Both the position numbers and the translations under genes were made by a program. The notes below the pieces were generated by a model. It saw only the letters and a list, made by a program, of their open reading frames with translations, was not told where the DNA came from and searched no databases. From an uncultured Fidelibacterota bacterium (GTDB lineage Bacteria; Fidelibacterota; Marinisomatia; Marinisomatales; UBA1611): 64,000 bases of DNA. Positions 1-8,479 of the stretch are shown here, piece after piece (within the stretch, counting starts at the first letter, position 1; every line of letters begins with the position of its first letter). The stretch covers positions 270-64,269 of the forward strand of contig CAJWLO010000006.1 of assembly GCA_913043235.1 (NCBI GenBank), written 5' to 3'.

Positions 1-768
1 AACCATATTGTTGAGTGCTACCTGGATTGGTGCTGCTTCTCCAAAGGAGAAAGAAGAGCCGAAGAGAAAATCGTTCCAGATATTTGTGAACTGCCAGATT
101 ACAGTAACTACTGCAATAGGTGCAGAAATAGGTAGTAGAACCTTGAAGAAAATTTTGAAAAAACTTGCTCCGTCGATCCTGGCAGCCTTGATCATTTCGT
201 CAGGAATAGAAATATAGTAATTACGAAAAAATAAAGTCGTAAAGCTTAATCCGTATACAGTATGAACTAGTACCAATCCGCTGATTGAATTTGACATTCC
301 AAGAAATCCGAGTGTTCTAGACATGGGTAGCAGAATTGCCTGGTAGGGAATAAAACAACCGAAGAGGAACAAAAGGAATATGAGGTTGTCTCCTTTAAAA
401 CGCCACTTGGTAAGAGCATAACCATTCAATGCACCAAGGAAAGTTGAAATCACGACTGCAGGGACTACCATTTTTAATGAGTTCCAGAAGAAGGGGCGAA
501 GAAAAACGTTACCAGCATCGATTCCACCACGACCACTCCAAGCTGTCTTCCATGAATCGAATATTATTTCTCTGGGAAAAGTCATTAGGTTACCTTGCCT
601 TATTTCTTCCATGGTCTTTAGAGAAGTTATAATCATTACATAAAGTGGTGCAAGATAGTATAAGGCGAAGATCCCAAGAATTATAAATAGGAGCCAGCGA
701 TAAAAGGTACGTCTACGGGAAGCGGAACGTTCTATGTTTTCCATCTTTTGAAAATCAAGTGTTTGCAT
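1..768 (-). CDS. carbohydrate ABC transporter permease (MalG/UgpE-like); the 3' end lies beyond the window start
   Basis: Not in the ORF track because it is open at the window edge. My translation of the minus strand from the ATG at 768-766 reads MQTLDFQKMENIERSASRRRTFYRWLLFIILGIFALYYLAPLYVMIITSLK...MIKAARIDGASFFKIFFKVLLPISAPIAVV. This carries the EAA-loop-type signature of binding-protein-dependent permeases. GGAGG lies 4 nt upstream of the ATG. Plus-strand ORFs 8..217 and 429..632 are antisense shadows. Confidence 0.8.
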   Translation of the reverse strand, partial: MQTLDFQKMENIERSASRRRTFYRWLLFIILGIFALYYLAPLYVMIITSLKTMEEIRQGNLMTFPREIIFDSWKTAWSGRGGIDAGNVFLRPFFWNSLKMVVPAVVISTFLGALNGYALTKWRFKGDNLIFLLFLFGCFIPYQAILLPMSRTLGFLGMSNSISGLVLVHTVYGLSFTTLFFRNYYISIPDEMIKAARIDGASFFKIFFKVLLPISAPIAVVTVIWQFTNIWNDFLFGSSFSFGEAAPIQVALNNMV

Positions 769-915
769 CCTGCCTCCTCAGTTCAGAATAAAGGTAAGGG
801 ACAACAACGGCTAGTACTGTTAGGAACATCATTACCGCACTTGCTGAAGCCAGGCCTATTTCACTACGATGAAAGGCCATTTGGGTCATGAATACAGCAG
901 GCATGTCTGAAGATG
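755..915 (-). pseudogene. 3' remnant (~50 codons) of the partner MalF/UgpA-like sugar ABC permease
   Basis: The minus-strand frame ending at TGA (757-755) reads ..SSDMPAVFMTQMAFHRSEIGLASASAVMMFLTVLAVVVPYLYSELRRQDANT*. This is the last TM segment and tail of a MalF-type permease, and it overlaps the start of the downstream permease as in intact operons. Above ~915 the same open frame (to 1042) reads RIPSVSGSKRGRSGSLRS.., which is not permease-like. Confidence 0.55.
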
Positions 916-1688
916 TGCCAGGTTCTCTCGCCTCTGCTGAAATGGTTGAGGTGGAGCCAGGTCGGTTGTTACTTTTTACGACCTGGTTTGATCGCAGTGA
1001 TCCTGATCGACCTCTTTTTGATCCTGATACGGAAGGGATTCTTCATAGTCGACTGCTGTTTTGTGTTTCTGACGACGAAGGCGCGAGTTGGGGTAAATGG
1101 CAGGAAATCTCTACTCCAGGTCTAACCGGTTGTGCCAGTACTGGACCGGTCATGAAATGGTCTGATGGCCGTATCGCTTTTGCATTTGAGAGTTTCAAGG
1201 AGTTTGATGACCCAGCTCCTGCTAGGCACGGAGCATGGCTGTTGGTTTCCTCTGACGGTGGACGTTCTTTTGAATCGCCATGGCTGGTTGCCAGAGACCC
1301 AGAGGATCGAGTTTACTACTGGGATCAACGTTTGTGCTGCAGGCAGGAAAAAGGGGCATTCTCAGGTCTGTTCTGGACCCATGACCGTTCGGCTCAAAGT
1401 GACCTCAAGGTGCATCTGCTTCACGGTTCTCTGGATGAAAGTGGTACGGGTGCAAAACAGCAGCCAGCTGCAACCGCTATTCCCGGGCAGATTGCTGCTC
1501 CAGCGGTCACCGACGATGGACGGCTTATTGCCTTCGTAGTAGACCGTGGAGATCCCGGCACGATGTCGTTTTGGGAGTCAGAAGATGACGGGCAGTCATG
1601 GCCGCGTGAAAAGAAACGTATCATTCACCTGCATGATGGAGAAATAACCGAAGATGAGATTATTGATAATCCCAAGGCTCACGATTAG
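888..1688 (+). CDS. BNR/Asp-box repeat (sialidase-like beta-propeller) protein, apparently 5'-truncated
   Basis: 266-aa ORF with three Asp boxes (SDDEGASW, SSDGGRSF, SEDDGQSW). An in-frame TGA at 870-872 prevents any upstream extension. There is no signal peptide. Hand-counted GC is 50-55%. Confidence 0.6.
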   Translation: MNTAGMSEDVPGSLASAEMVEVEPGRLLLFTTWFDRSDPDRPLFDPDTEGILHSRLLFCVSDDEGASWGKWQEISTPGLTGCASTGPVMKWSDGRIAFAFESFKEFDDPAPARHGAWLLVSSDGGRSFESPWLVARDPEDRVYYWDQRLCCRQEKGAFSGLFWTHDRSAQSDLKVHLLHGSLDESGTGAKQQPAATAIPGQIAAPAVTDDGRLIAFVVDRGDPGTMSFWESEDDGQSWPREKKRIIHLHDGEITEDEIIDNPKAHD

Positions 1689-1690
1689 AA

Positions 1691-2866
1691 ATGCTTTTAA
1701 AAATTGCACTGAAAAATCTCTTGGGGGCCAGGCTACGAACTTTTTTAAATGTTCTTGTGACCGCTTTTTCATTTTTCCTGATCTTGTTTATGTCGGCCAT
1801 GTATGATGGCATGCTCCAACATACCAAGCAGGTTACCATGGATACCGAGATTGCTGGCGGTGCCTACTGGCACCCAAAATATGACCCTCTGAATCCTATG
1901 ACTTTTGAAGATGCACATTCAGTACCGCCCGTAGCAGTACAAACTCTGGTAGATGAAAAAAAAGCATTCCCGGTTCTGGTGAGCCAGGCATCCATCTATC
2001 CTGGAGGTCGCATCATGCCTACCATTATGAAGGGCATTCCACCTGATCAGAATATTGTTAACATGCCAACAGATGCACTTTTCGGGCATGAAGATATTGC
2101 CATACCGGTACTGATAGGAAAAGGAATGGCCAGCGAATCCAAGCTTGAAGTAGGTGACGCCTTTACCATTCGTTGGCTGGATGCAGACCTTACCTATGAC
2201 GCCAATGAAGGAACCGTGGTACACATTATGGATACGGAGAATTTCAAACTGGATATGGGCCACATTTGGATACCACTTAAGAAAGCCCAATCCATGCTGG
2301 CCATGGAAGGAGAAGCCACCTATGTTACTTATGAAAAAGGAGTTCCGCTAGTACAAGGCAATGGGGATTGGATTCCCCGTGATATTAACTATCTGGTCCA
2401 GGACATGGAAGCCATCATCGAAGCAGACAAACCGGGCGCCCAGGTTATGTATATGATTATATTAGCCCTGGCCGCTATGGGCATCTTTAATGCCCAGGTA
2501 TTATCTATCTTTCGCCGTGGAAGAGAAATTGGCACACTTATGGCTATCGGGATGACACGTCCCCGAGTGGTGGGACTTTTCACCCTAGAAGGAGGCCTCA
2601 ATGCGGTGCTGTCCGCAGCGACAACGTTGATTTTCTTTGGCCCCATACTCTGGTATTTTGGTGCGTATGGGATCCCCCTGCCCATTGATTATACAGAGAT
2701 GGGGATGATTATGGCCAAACGTTTGATTCCAGTTTATACCATTGGGCTTGTTGTATCAACCACCATCCTTGTATCAATTATTGTACTTATTGTGAGCTAT
2801 ATCCCTTCTCGTCGCATTGCCCGAATGAAACCTACTGATGCTTTACGGGGAAAGGCGGTAGCATGA
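1691..2866 (+). CDS. ABC transporter permease, FtsX/MacB-LolE type
   Basis: 391 aa with an N-terminal TM (LRTFLNVLVTAFSFFLILFM), a large extracytoplasmic loop and a C-terminal FtsX-type bundle (IILALAAMGIFNAQVLSIFRRGREIGTLMAIGMTRPRVVGLFTLEG). The ATG lies 2 nt after the preceding stop. Confidence 0.8.
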   Translation: MLLKIALKNLLGARLRTFLNVLVTAFSFFLILFMSAMYDGMLQHTKQVTMDTEIAGGAYWHPKYDPLNPMTFEDAHSVPPVAVQTLVDEKKAFPVLVSQASIYPGGRIMPTIMKGIPPDQNIVNMPTDALFGHEDIAIPVLIGKGMASESKLEVGDAFTIRWLDADLTYDANEGTVVHIMDTENFKLDMGHIWIPLKKAQSMLAMEGEATYVTYEKGVPLVQGNGDWIPRDINYLVQDMEAIIEADKPGAQVMYMIILALAAMGIFNAQVLSIFRRGREIGTLMAIGMTRPRVVGLFTLEGGLNAVLSAATTLIFFGPILWYFGAYGIPLPIDYTEMGMIMAKRLIPVYTIGLVVSTTILVSIIVLIVSYIPSRRIARMKPTDALRGKAVA

Positions 2867-4146
2867 TCAAATTTTTAACTAAAGGATTGCTCCGGGACCG
2901 TTCCCGAAGCCTTTTTCCCGTTTTGGTCATTACTCTCACGGTTGCTCTGGTTATTTTTACGATTGGCTTTATGAAAGGTTCGATGAACAGTTTACTTCTT
3001 GATACTGCCGTCATATTAACGGGCCATGAAAAAATTGTAACCCGCGCCTATAATAAAGAGAGTCAGCTTATGCCTAATGATCTGGCTTTGCTGGATGTGG
3101 ACCAGTTGATTAATGACTTGAGTCGGGATTATCCTGATTTTTTCTGGTCACCACGGATCATCTTTGCGGGGCTTTTGGATGTCCCAGATGAAAATGGTGA
3201 AACAAAAGCTCAAGGCCCAGTTATTGCCTTTGGTATTGATTTCTTTTCTCATGGATCGCGACAGGTAGAGATCTGGGAGCTTGAAAGATCACTTGTGAGC
3301 GGAAAACTACCAAAAAATAGAGATGATGCAATTATCAGTTCAAAAATGGCGAATCAATTAAATATAAAGGCTGGTGAAAGTGTCACATTCATTGGCTCAA
3401 CCATGGATAATGCTTTTACAACTTACAATTTCAACGTGTCAGGGACATTCAACCTGAGAAAAGGCCAAACAGACAAACAAATGATGCTTGTTGATTTGTC
3501 TAGCGCTCGTCTTGCTTTAGATATGGAAAATGCTGCTTCAGCAATTTTGGGGTTTACTCACTCCTTGTATTATGATGATGAAGCGGCCGTGACTCTTCGA
3601 GACCAATATAATAAAGCAGAAAGTGATAGTATGGATATTTTCAGCCCCTTTATGCTCGCCCTGCGTGATGGGAATCAGATGGGTACCATGGTAGACATAA
3701 GTGAAGCAATGCTGGCAATTATGGGTGGAATTTTTCTAGTGGTTGTTATGGTTGTGCTTTGGAATATGGGTCTTATGAATGGTCTGCGCCGCTATGGCGA
3801 AGTAGGTCTACGCCTGGCCATGGGTGAGTCCAAGGGACAGGTGTACCGCTCTATGATCTCTGAAGCGGTAATTATAGGGTTAACAGGAACGGTGATTGGT
3901 ACAGGAACTGGGCTTGCTCTAACCTATTATGTTCAAGAGAATGGTATAGATTATACAAAGGGGATAGAAGCACTTTCAAATTCGTCCATGGTTATGCCCA
4001 ATATTTTCTACGCCCAGGTCACACCCGATCTTTTTTATATTGGCTTTATACCCGGTGTTTTGGCCACAGTACTGGGGACCATGCTGGCGGGCCTGGCCAT
4101 ATACAAACGGGAAATGGCGCAATTATTTAAGGAACTGGAAACATGA
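2863..4146 (+). CDS. ABC transporter permease, FtsX/MacB-LolE type (second copy)
   Basis: 427 aa. The N-terminus MIKFLTKGLLRDRSRSLFPVLVITLTVALVIF and the C-terminal FtsX motif GLMNGLRRYGEVGLRLAMGESKGQVYRSMISEAVIIGLTG support the call. ATGA overlap with the upstream gene. Confidence 0.8.
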   Translation: MIKFLTKGLLRDRSRSLFPVLVITLTVALVIFTIGFMKGSMNSLLLDTAVILTGHEKIVTRAYNKESQLMPNDLALLDVDQLINDLSRDYPDFFWSPRIIFAGLLDVPDENGETKAQGPVIAFGIDFFSHGSRQVEIWELERSLVSGKLPKNRDDAIISSKMANQLNIKAGESVTFIGSTMDNAFTTYNFNVSGTFNLRKGQTDKQMMLVDLSSARLALDMENAASAILGFTHSLYYDDEAAVTLRDQYNKAESDSMDIFSPFMLALRDGNQMGTMVDISEAMLAIMGGIFLVVVMVVLWNMGLMNGLRRYGEVGLRLAMGESKGQVYRSMISEAVIIGLTGTVIGTGTGLALTYYVQENGIDYTKGIEALSNSSMVMPNIFYAQVTPDLFYIGFIPGVLATVLGTMLAGLAIYKREMAQLFKELET

Positions 4147-4883
4147 GAAAGATTATTATTTCTTTTCTATCTTTTACATTTCTCTTTGCTCAAGCAGATG
4201 ATATGTCCGTGCAGGATATTATCGAGGCCATGGACAATAACCTGAACGCAAAAAACCGGATATTAACCAGTAAAATGATTGTCCATGGACGGCGCTCCAG
4301 CCGTACTATTGAATCCAAGAACTGGGTTGTTGGTATCGATAAAGCGTTTACTGAATATCTTTCTCCTCCTCGGGAAGCAGGCACGAAAATGCTGAAAGAC
4401 GGTGATAAACTCTGGACCTACTCACCCCAGACAGATCGAGTGATCCAGATTTCCGGACATATGCTGCGTCAATCGGTCATGGGTTCAGATATGTCTTACA
4501 ACGATATGATGGAAGACCGTCCACTCGTTGAGTTATACGAAGCCACATTAGAAGGCTCTATTAAAATAGATGGGCGAGATCACTGGATTATGTTGTTGGA
4601 GACAAAAGTGAAAGGGTTATCCTATCCTATACGCAGGGCGTGGATCGATAAGGAATACCTGCTCCCTATGAAAGAGGAACTTTACGCCAAAAGCGGCAAG
4701 CTTTTAAAAACATCCACCATGGACGGAATAAAAAAGGTACAGGGCAGATGGTTCCCATCCCGGTTTATTTATAAGGATGAACTAAAGCGAAACAGCAAGG
4801 GAACGGAATGGTTGATCGATGAAATTACCTTTGATACAGACATACCAGAATCTCGTTTCTCTAAAGCATTACTTCGAAAATAA
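4143..4883 (+). CDS. LolA-like outer-membrane lipoprotein-sorting family protein
   Basis: 246 aa with signal peptide MRKIIISFLSFTFLFAQA. The pattern TSKMIVHGRRSSRTIESKNWV..FTEYLSPPREAGTKMLKDGDKLWTYSPQTDRVIQISGHMLRQSVMGSDMSYNDM is typical of the LolA-like proteins that follow FtsX permease pairs. ATGA overlap with the upstream gene. Confidence 0.7.
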   Translation: MRKIIISFLSFTFLFAQADDMSVQDIIEAMDNNLNAKNRILTSKMIVHGRRSSRTIESKNWVVGIDKAFTEYLSPPREAGTKMLKDGDKLWTYSPQTDRVIQISGHMLRQSVMGSDMSYNDMMEDRPLVELYEATLEGSIKIDGRDHWIMLLETKVKGLSYPIRRAWIDKEYLLPMKEELYAKSGKLLKTSTMDGIKKVQGRWFPSRFIYKDELKRNSKGTEWLIDEITFDTDIPESRFSKALLRK

Positions 4884-6281
4884 AATTACTGTTTCTATAT
4901 GTGGGGTGTGTGGAAACATATCAACCATAACGGCATTTTTAATCCCATAACCTTTCTCTGCCAACACTTTTGCGTCTCTAGCCTGTGTTGTGGGGTTGCA
5001 GGATACATATACAATCTTCTCTGCTTTGAATTTGTGTAAATAATTGGTCATGTCTGGATGCATACCTGCCCGGGGCGGATCAATTATTACCACATCCGGT
5101 TTTGGTATTCTCCGGGGTAGTTGTCCTGTTTTAAAATAAGTGTCCAGATTCGCTTTTAAGAATATGGCATTGGTTATTTTATTCTGTTGAGCATTTTTTT
5201 CTGCATTTTCTAATGCGGACCGGATTACTTCAAAGCCATAAACTTCTTTCACCTGATTGGCTAAATAAAGCCCAATGGTTCCCGTGCCACAATACAAGTC
5301 AAAAACTATTTCTGACCCGGTTAGTCTTGCTGCTTTTACTATTTCATCATAAAGTTGCTTTCCTTGAAACGTGTTTGTTTGAAAAAATGAATTCGCTGAT
5401 ATTTCGAATGTTAAGTCACCTATAGTTTCTTGGATAAATGGCTCACCAAAAACCAGCGTTTCAAATTCACCAAAAGCGACATCTGACTTTCGCGTATTTA
5501 CATTATTTACCATGGATGTGATTTCGGGTATTTGCTCTAAGAGCGCATCAATTAAGGGTGCTAATTTATCCAGATCATCGTAAGCGGTTACTATGTTAAC
5601 CATAATTTGATTTGTATTTATACCGTAGCGCAACATTAGATAGCGTAAAAATCCGATATGAGATTTTGGATCATATGGTTTTAACTCCTCATGCTTAAGG
5701 CAAACATCACGTGTGATTTTCAAAATTTGATTTCCAATTCCCGGCTGGATGTGACATTCATTGATATCTAAGATCTTGTCGTATCGGCCTGGAATGTGCA
5801 AGCCCAGTGCAAAGGTTTTATCCACATCTTTCGGTTCAGATTCTAGAACCCAGCGATAAGGCGAAAATGTGAATTCCATTTTATTTCGATAATTGAAAAT
5901 AGGGTCTGCACCCACTATGTTATCCATTTTGAAATCATTAAAACCACCTAACCTATGAAAGGCATCTTCCACTTGTTGTGCTTTTTCATTAAGTTGCTCT
6001 TCATAGGATAAATTCTGAATTTTACATCCGCCACAGACACCAAAATGACTACATCGCGCATCCACGGTATTGTGCGATTCTTCGAGTATCTCCAATACAC
6101 GAGCTTCGGCGAATCCTTTTTTCTTTTTATAAACAAGAGCCTGTACGGTTTGTCCTGGAATACCCCCTTTCACAAAAATAACAAAATCATCTTTCCGTGC
6201 CAATCCCATGCCGCCATAGGCTAATGATTCAATTCTCAACTCTAATTCAAGACCGCGTTTTATTATTATTGGTTCTTTCAT
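4869..6281 (-). CDS. rlmD: 23S rRNA (uracil-C5)-methyltransferase, RlmD/RumA family
   Basis: 470 aa with an N-terminal TRAM-like region, the Fe-S Cys cluster CSHFGVCGGCKIQ, the SAM-binding motif DLYCGTGTIG, and the C-terminal DPPRAG and VSCNP motifs. Confidence 0.85.
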   Translation of the reverse strand: MKEPIIIKRGLELELRIESLAYGGMGLARKDDFVIFVKGGIPGQTVQALVYKKKKGFAEARVLEILEESHNTVDARCSHFGVCGGCKIQNLSYEEQLNEKAQQVEDAFHRLGGFNDFKMDNIVGADPIFNYRNKMEFTFSPYRWVLESEPKDVDKTFALGLHIPGRYDKILDINECHIQPGIGNQILKITRDVCLKHEELKPYDPKSHIGFLRYLMLRYGINTNQIMVNIVTAYDDLDKLAPLIDALLEQIPEITSMVNNVNTRKSDVAFGEFETLVFGEPFIQETIGDLTFEISANSFFQTNTFQGKQLYDEIVKAARLTGSEIVFDLYCGTGTIGLYLANQVKEVYGFEVIRSALENAEKNAQQNKITNAIFLKANLDTYFKTGQLPRRIPKPDVVIIDPPRAGMHPDMTNYLHKFKAEKIVYVSCNPTTQARDAKVLAEKGYGIKNAVMVDMFPHTPHIETVILFSK

Positions 6282-6294
6282 TTTTTAATAAAAA

Positions 6295-7605
6295 TTACTT
6301 AACACTTTCAATTATAATCGAAGAAGGCTCTACCTTTGAGTCACTTATATAATATGCCTGTTGAATCATCTCAATGGCACGATTCGCATCATTTTCATTT
6401 TGGGCGTGGACCGTAGCCAGGAGTTGTCCCTTTTCAACTTTTTCTCCCAATCCCAACATCTCGCTGAATCCTACACTGTGATCAATCACATCGCTGACTT
6501 TTTTTCTACCGCCGCCCAATTCAACAACGGCCATCCCCACGGTACGCGTTTTAATTTGAGAAATAAATCCGGATTGTGGTGCAAAAATCTGTTTCTGCAC
6601 TGTTGCAGGATTAAAATGGGGATAATTGTTTTCCATAATATTATTAGGGCCACCTAGATCAGAAACCATTTTTTCAAATTTCTCTGCTGCATTTCCATTA
6701 TCTAAAACATCGATAGCTTTTTTGAGACCATCTTCTTTTGAATCATATAATCCTGAAACTATTAACATATCTGCAGCTAAGGACAATATCACTGTATGAA
6801 GTCGGGGATCCCGCTTTTTTCCTTTCAGATAATCGATGGTTTCCATTACTTCCAAGGTGTTACCCACAGAAGAACCAAGGGGTTGATTCATATCGGTGAT
6901 CATTGCAGATGTTTTCATTCCAAATTTTTTAGCAACACTGATGATGCTTTTCCCAATATCTCTAGCAAATTTTAGATGATCTGCAAAAGCACCATTCCCT
7001 GTTTTAATATCCATGACCAACCCATCCAAACCTGCTGCCAATTTTTTGGATAGAATGGATGCGGTAATTAGGGGGACCGATTCCACTGTTGCGGTTACAT
7101 CTCGGACAGCATAAATGACCTTATCTACTGGTGCAAGATTTTTAGTTTGCCCGATAATAGCACAACCCACAGTTTTCACTACATGGCGAAACAGTGTATT
7201 ATCCGGCGCAGTATTATATCCCGGAATAGATTCCAATTTATCTAACGTGCCACCTGTATGTCCTAATCCACGACCAGAGATCATGGGATTAAATATACCA
7301 CATGATGCCACAATGGGTGCCAGTATGAGGCTCACCTTGTCCCCTACGCCTCCAGTAGAATGTTTGTCAATCACCGGCCCGTTTAAATCCTGCCATTTTA
7401 ATTTTTCCCCTGACTGCAACATTTGATCCGTGAGATGGAATGTCTCTTGAACCGACATGCCTTTAAACAAAACAGCCATAGAGAATGCAGCAATATGGCT
7501 TTCAGTGATGGTCAGATTGGAAATGCCATCAATGTAGTATTGAATTTCATCAGCACTTAGGGAAAGTCCGTCTCGCTTTTTTCGGATGATTTCCTGAGGG
7601 AGCAT
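6295..7605 (-). CDS. deoA: thymidine / pyrimidine-nucleoside phosphorylase
   Basis: 436 aa. Carries the DKHSTGGVGDK phosphate-binding motif and SGRGLGHTGGTLDKLE. Length is typical of the family. Confidence 0.9.
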   Translation of the reverse strand: MLPQEIIRKKRDGLSLSADEIQYYIDGISNLTITESHIAAFSMAVLFKGMSVQETFHLTDQMLQSGEKLKWQDLNGPVIDKHSTGGVGDKVSLILAPIVASCGIFNPMISGRGLGHTGGTLDKLESIPGYNTAPDNTLFRHVVKTVGCAIIGQTKNLAPVDKVIYAVRDVTATVESVPLITASILSKKLAAGLDGLVMDIKTGNGAFADHLKFARDIGKSIISVAKKFGMKTSAMITDMNQPLGSSVGNTLEVMETIDYLKGKKRDPRLHTVILSLAADMLIVSGLYDSKEDGLKKAIDVLDNGNAAEKFEKMVSDLGGPNNIMENNYPHFNPATVQKQIFAPQSGFISQIKTRTVGMAVVELGGGRKKVSDVIDHSVGFSEMLGLGEKVEKGQLLATVHAQNENDANRAIEMIQQAYYISDSKVEPSSIIIESVK

Positions 7606-7663
7606 ATTTAACCTATAATGATGTGGTTATATCAAAAGGCTCAACAAATGATTATTAAGCTTA

Positions 7664-8476
7664 TTAAAATGCTGTTTCATATTTTAAAAGAAATTCCCCC
7701 AAAAGCGCATGGATGTCTTTGGCCGCTTTGGTTGCATTTTCCATGGTGTGATCATGACTTAATGCAACTTCATTCATTCCGGCAGCCATATTTGTAATGA
7801 TGGAAACCGCTGAAATTTTTAGACCAAAGAATCGGGCAAGAATCACTTCCGGAACGGTGGACATCCCCACCGCATCCGCGCCTAAATGTTTAGCAGCTTT
7901 TATCTCTGAAGGTGTTTCAAAACTGGGGCCACAAAACCAAATATAAACACCTTCATGTAAGGTGATCCCTCTTTCATCTGCCGCATCTCGAAATTGCTGA
8001 TTCAGCCCTGGATCATACACATTCACCATATCTACAAAGCGGGAAGAATCTGTTTCGCCAAATAAGGGGGAAACACCCGTAAAATTGATATGATCCGTTA
8101 ATAGCATTATGCTTCCAGGCTGGATTTCCGGTACAAGACTTCCAGCAGCATTAGTTAATATAAGTGTTTCACACCCCAATTCTTTTAAGGTCTGAATCGG
8201 TGTTTTCATTACATCCGACTTCCCTTTTTCATAATAATGGGCACGCCCTTGCAATATGGCAACTTCTGTATTATGGATTGTACCTATTACCAATTTCCCC
8301 GCATGGCCATCTACGCCGGCATCTGGAAATTCGGGAAGGTCATTATAAGAAATAATGATTTGATTTTTAACACGATATGCGAATGAACCCAATCCAGATC
8401 CGAGGATAATGCCAACCTTTGGTTGAATTTTTGAATCTTTAGAACGGATGATTTTTGTGGCCGGTTTTACGGACAT
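7664..8476 (-). CDS. punA: purine nucleoside phosphorylase (PunA / PNP-I type)
   Basis: 270 aa. GIILGSGLGSFA..LPEFP..VDGHAGKLVIG..FETPSEIK..GADAVGMSTVPEVILA aligns along its whole length with my recollection of B. subtilis PunA. Confidence 0.9.
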   Translation of the reverse strand: MSVKPATKIIRSKDSKIQPKVGIILGSGLGSFAYRVKNQIIISYNDLPEFPDAGVDGHAGKLVIGTIHNTEVAILQGRAHYYEKGKSDVMKTPIQTLKELGCETLILTNAAGSLVPEIQPGSIMLLTDHINFTGVSPLFGETDSSRFVDMVNVYDPGLNQQFRDAADERGITLHEGVYIWFCGPSFETPSEIKAAKHLGADAVGMSTVPEVILARFFGLKISAVSIITNMAAGMNEVALSHDHTMENATKAAKDIHALLGEFLLKYETAF

Positions 8477-8479
8477 TAT

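Noticed and set aside
8-632. Plus-strand ORFs 8..217 and 429..632 from the track.
   Set aside because: They lie antisense to a clearly recognisable minus-strand ABC permease (1..768), which the track omits because it is open at the window edge.
1122-1624. Alternative-frame and antisense ORFs inside the BNR gene (913..1125, 1122..1328, 1165..1539, 1421..1624).
   Set aside because: The region is GC-rich, so stop-free shadow frames are expected. Only the 888..1688 frame carries Asp-box motifs.
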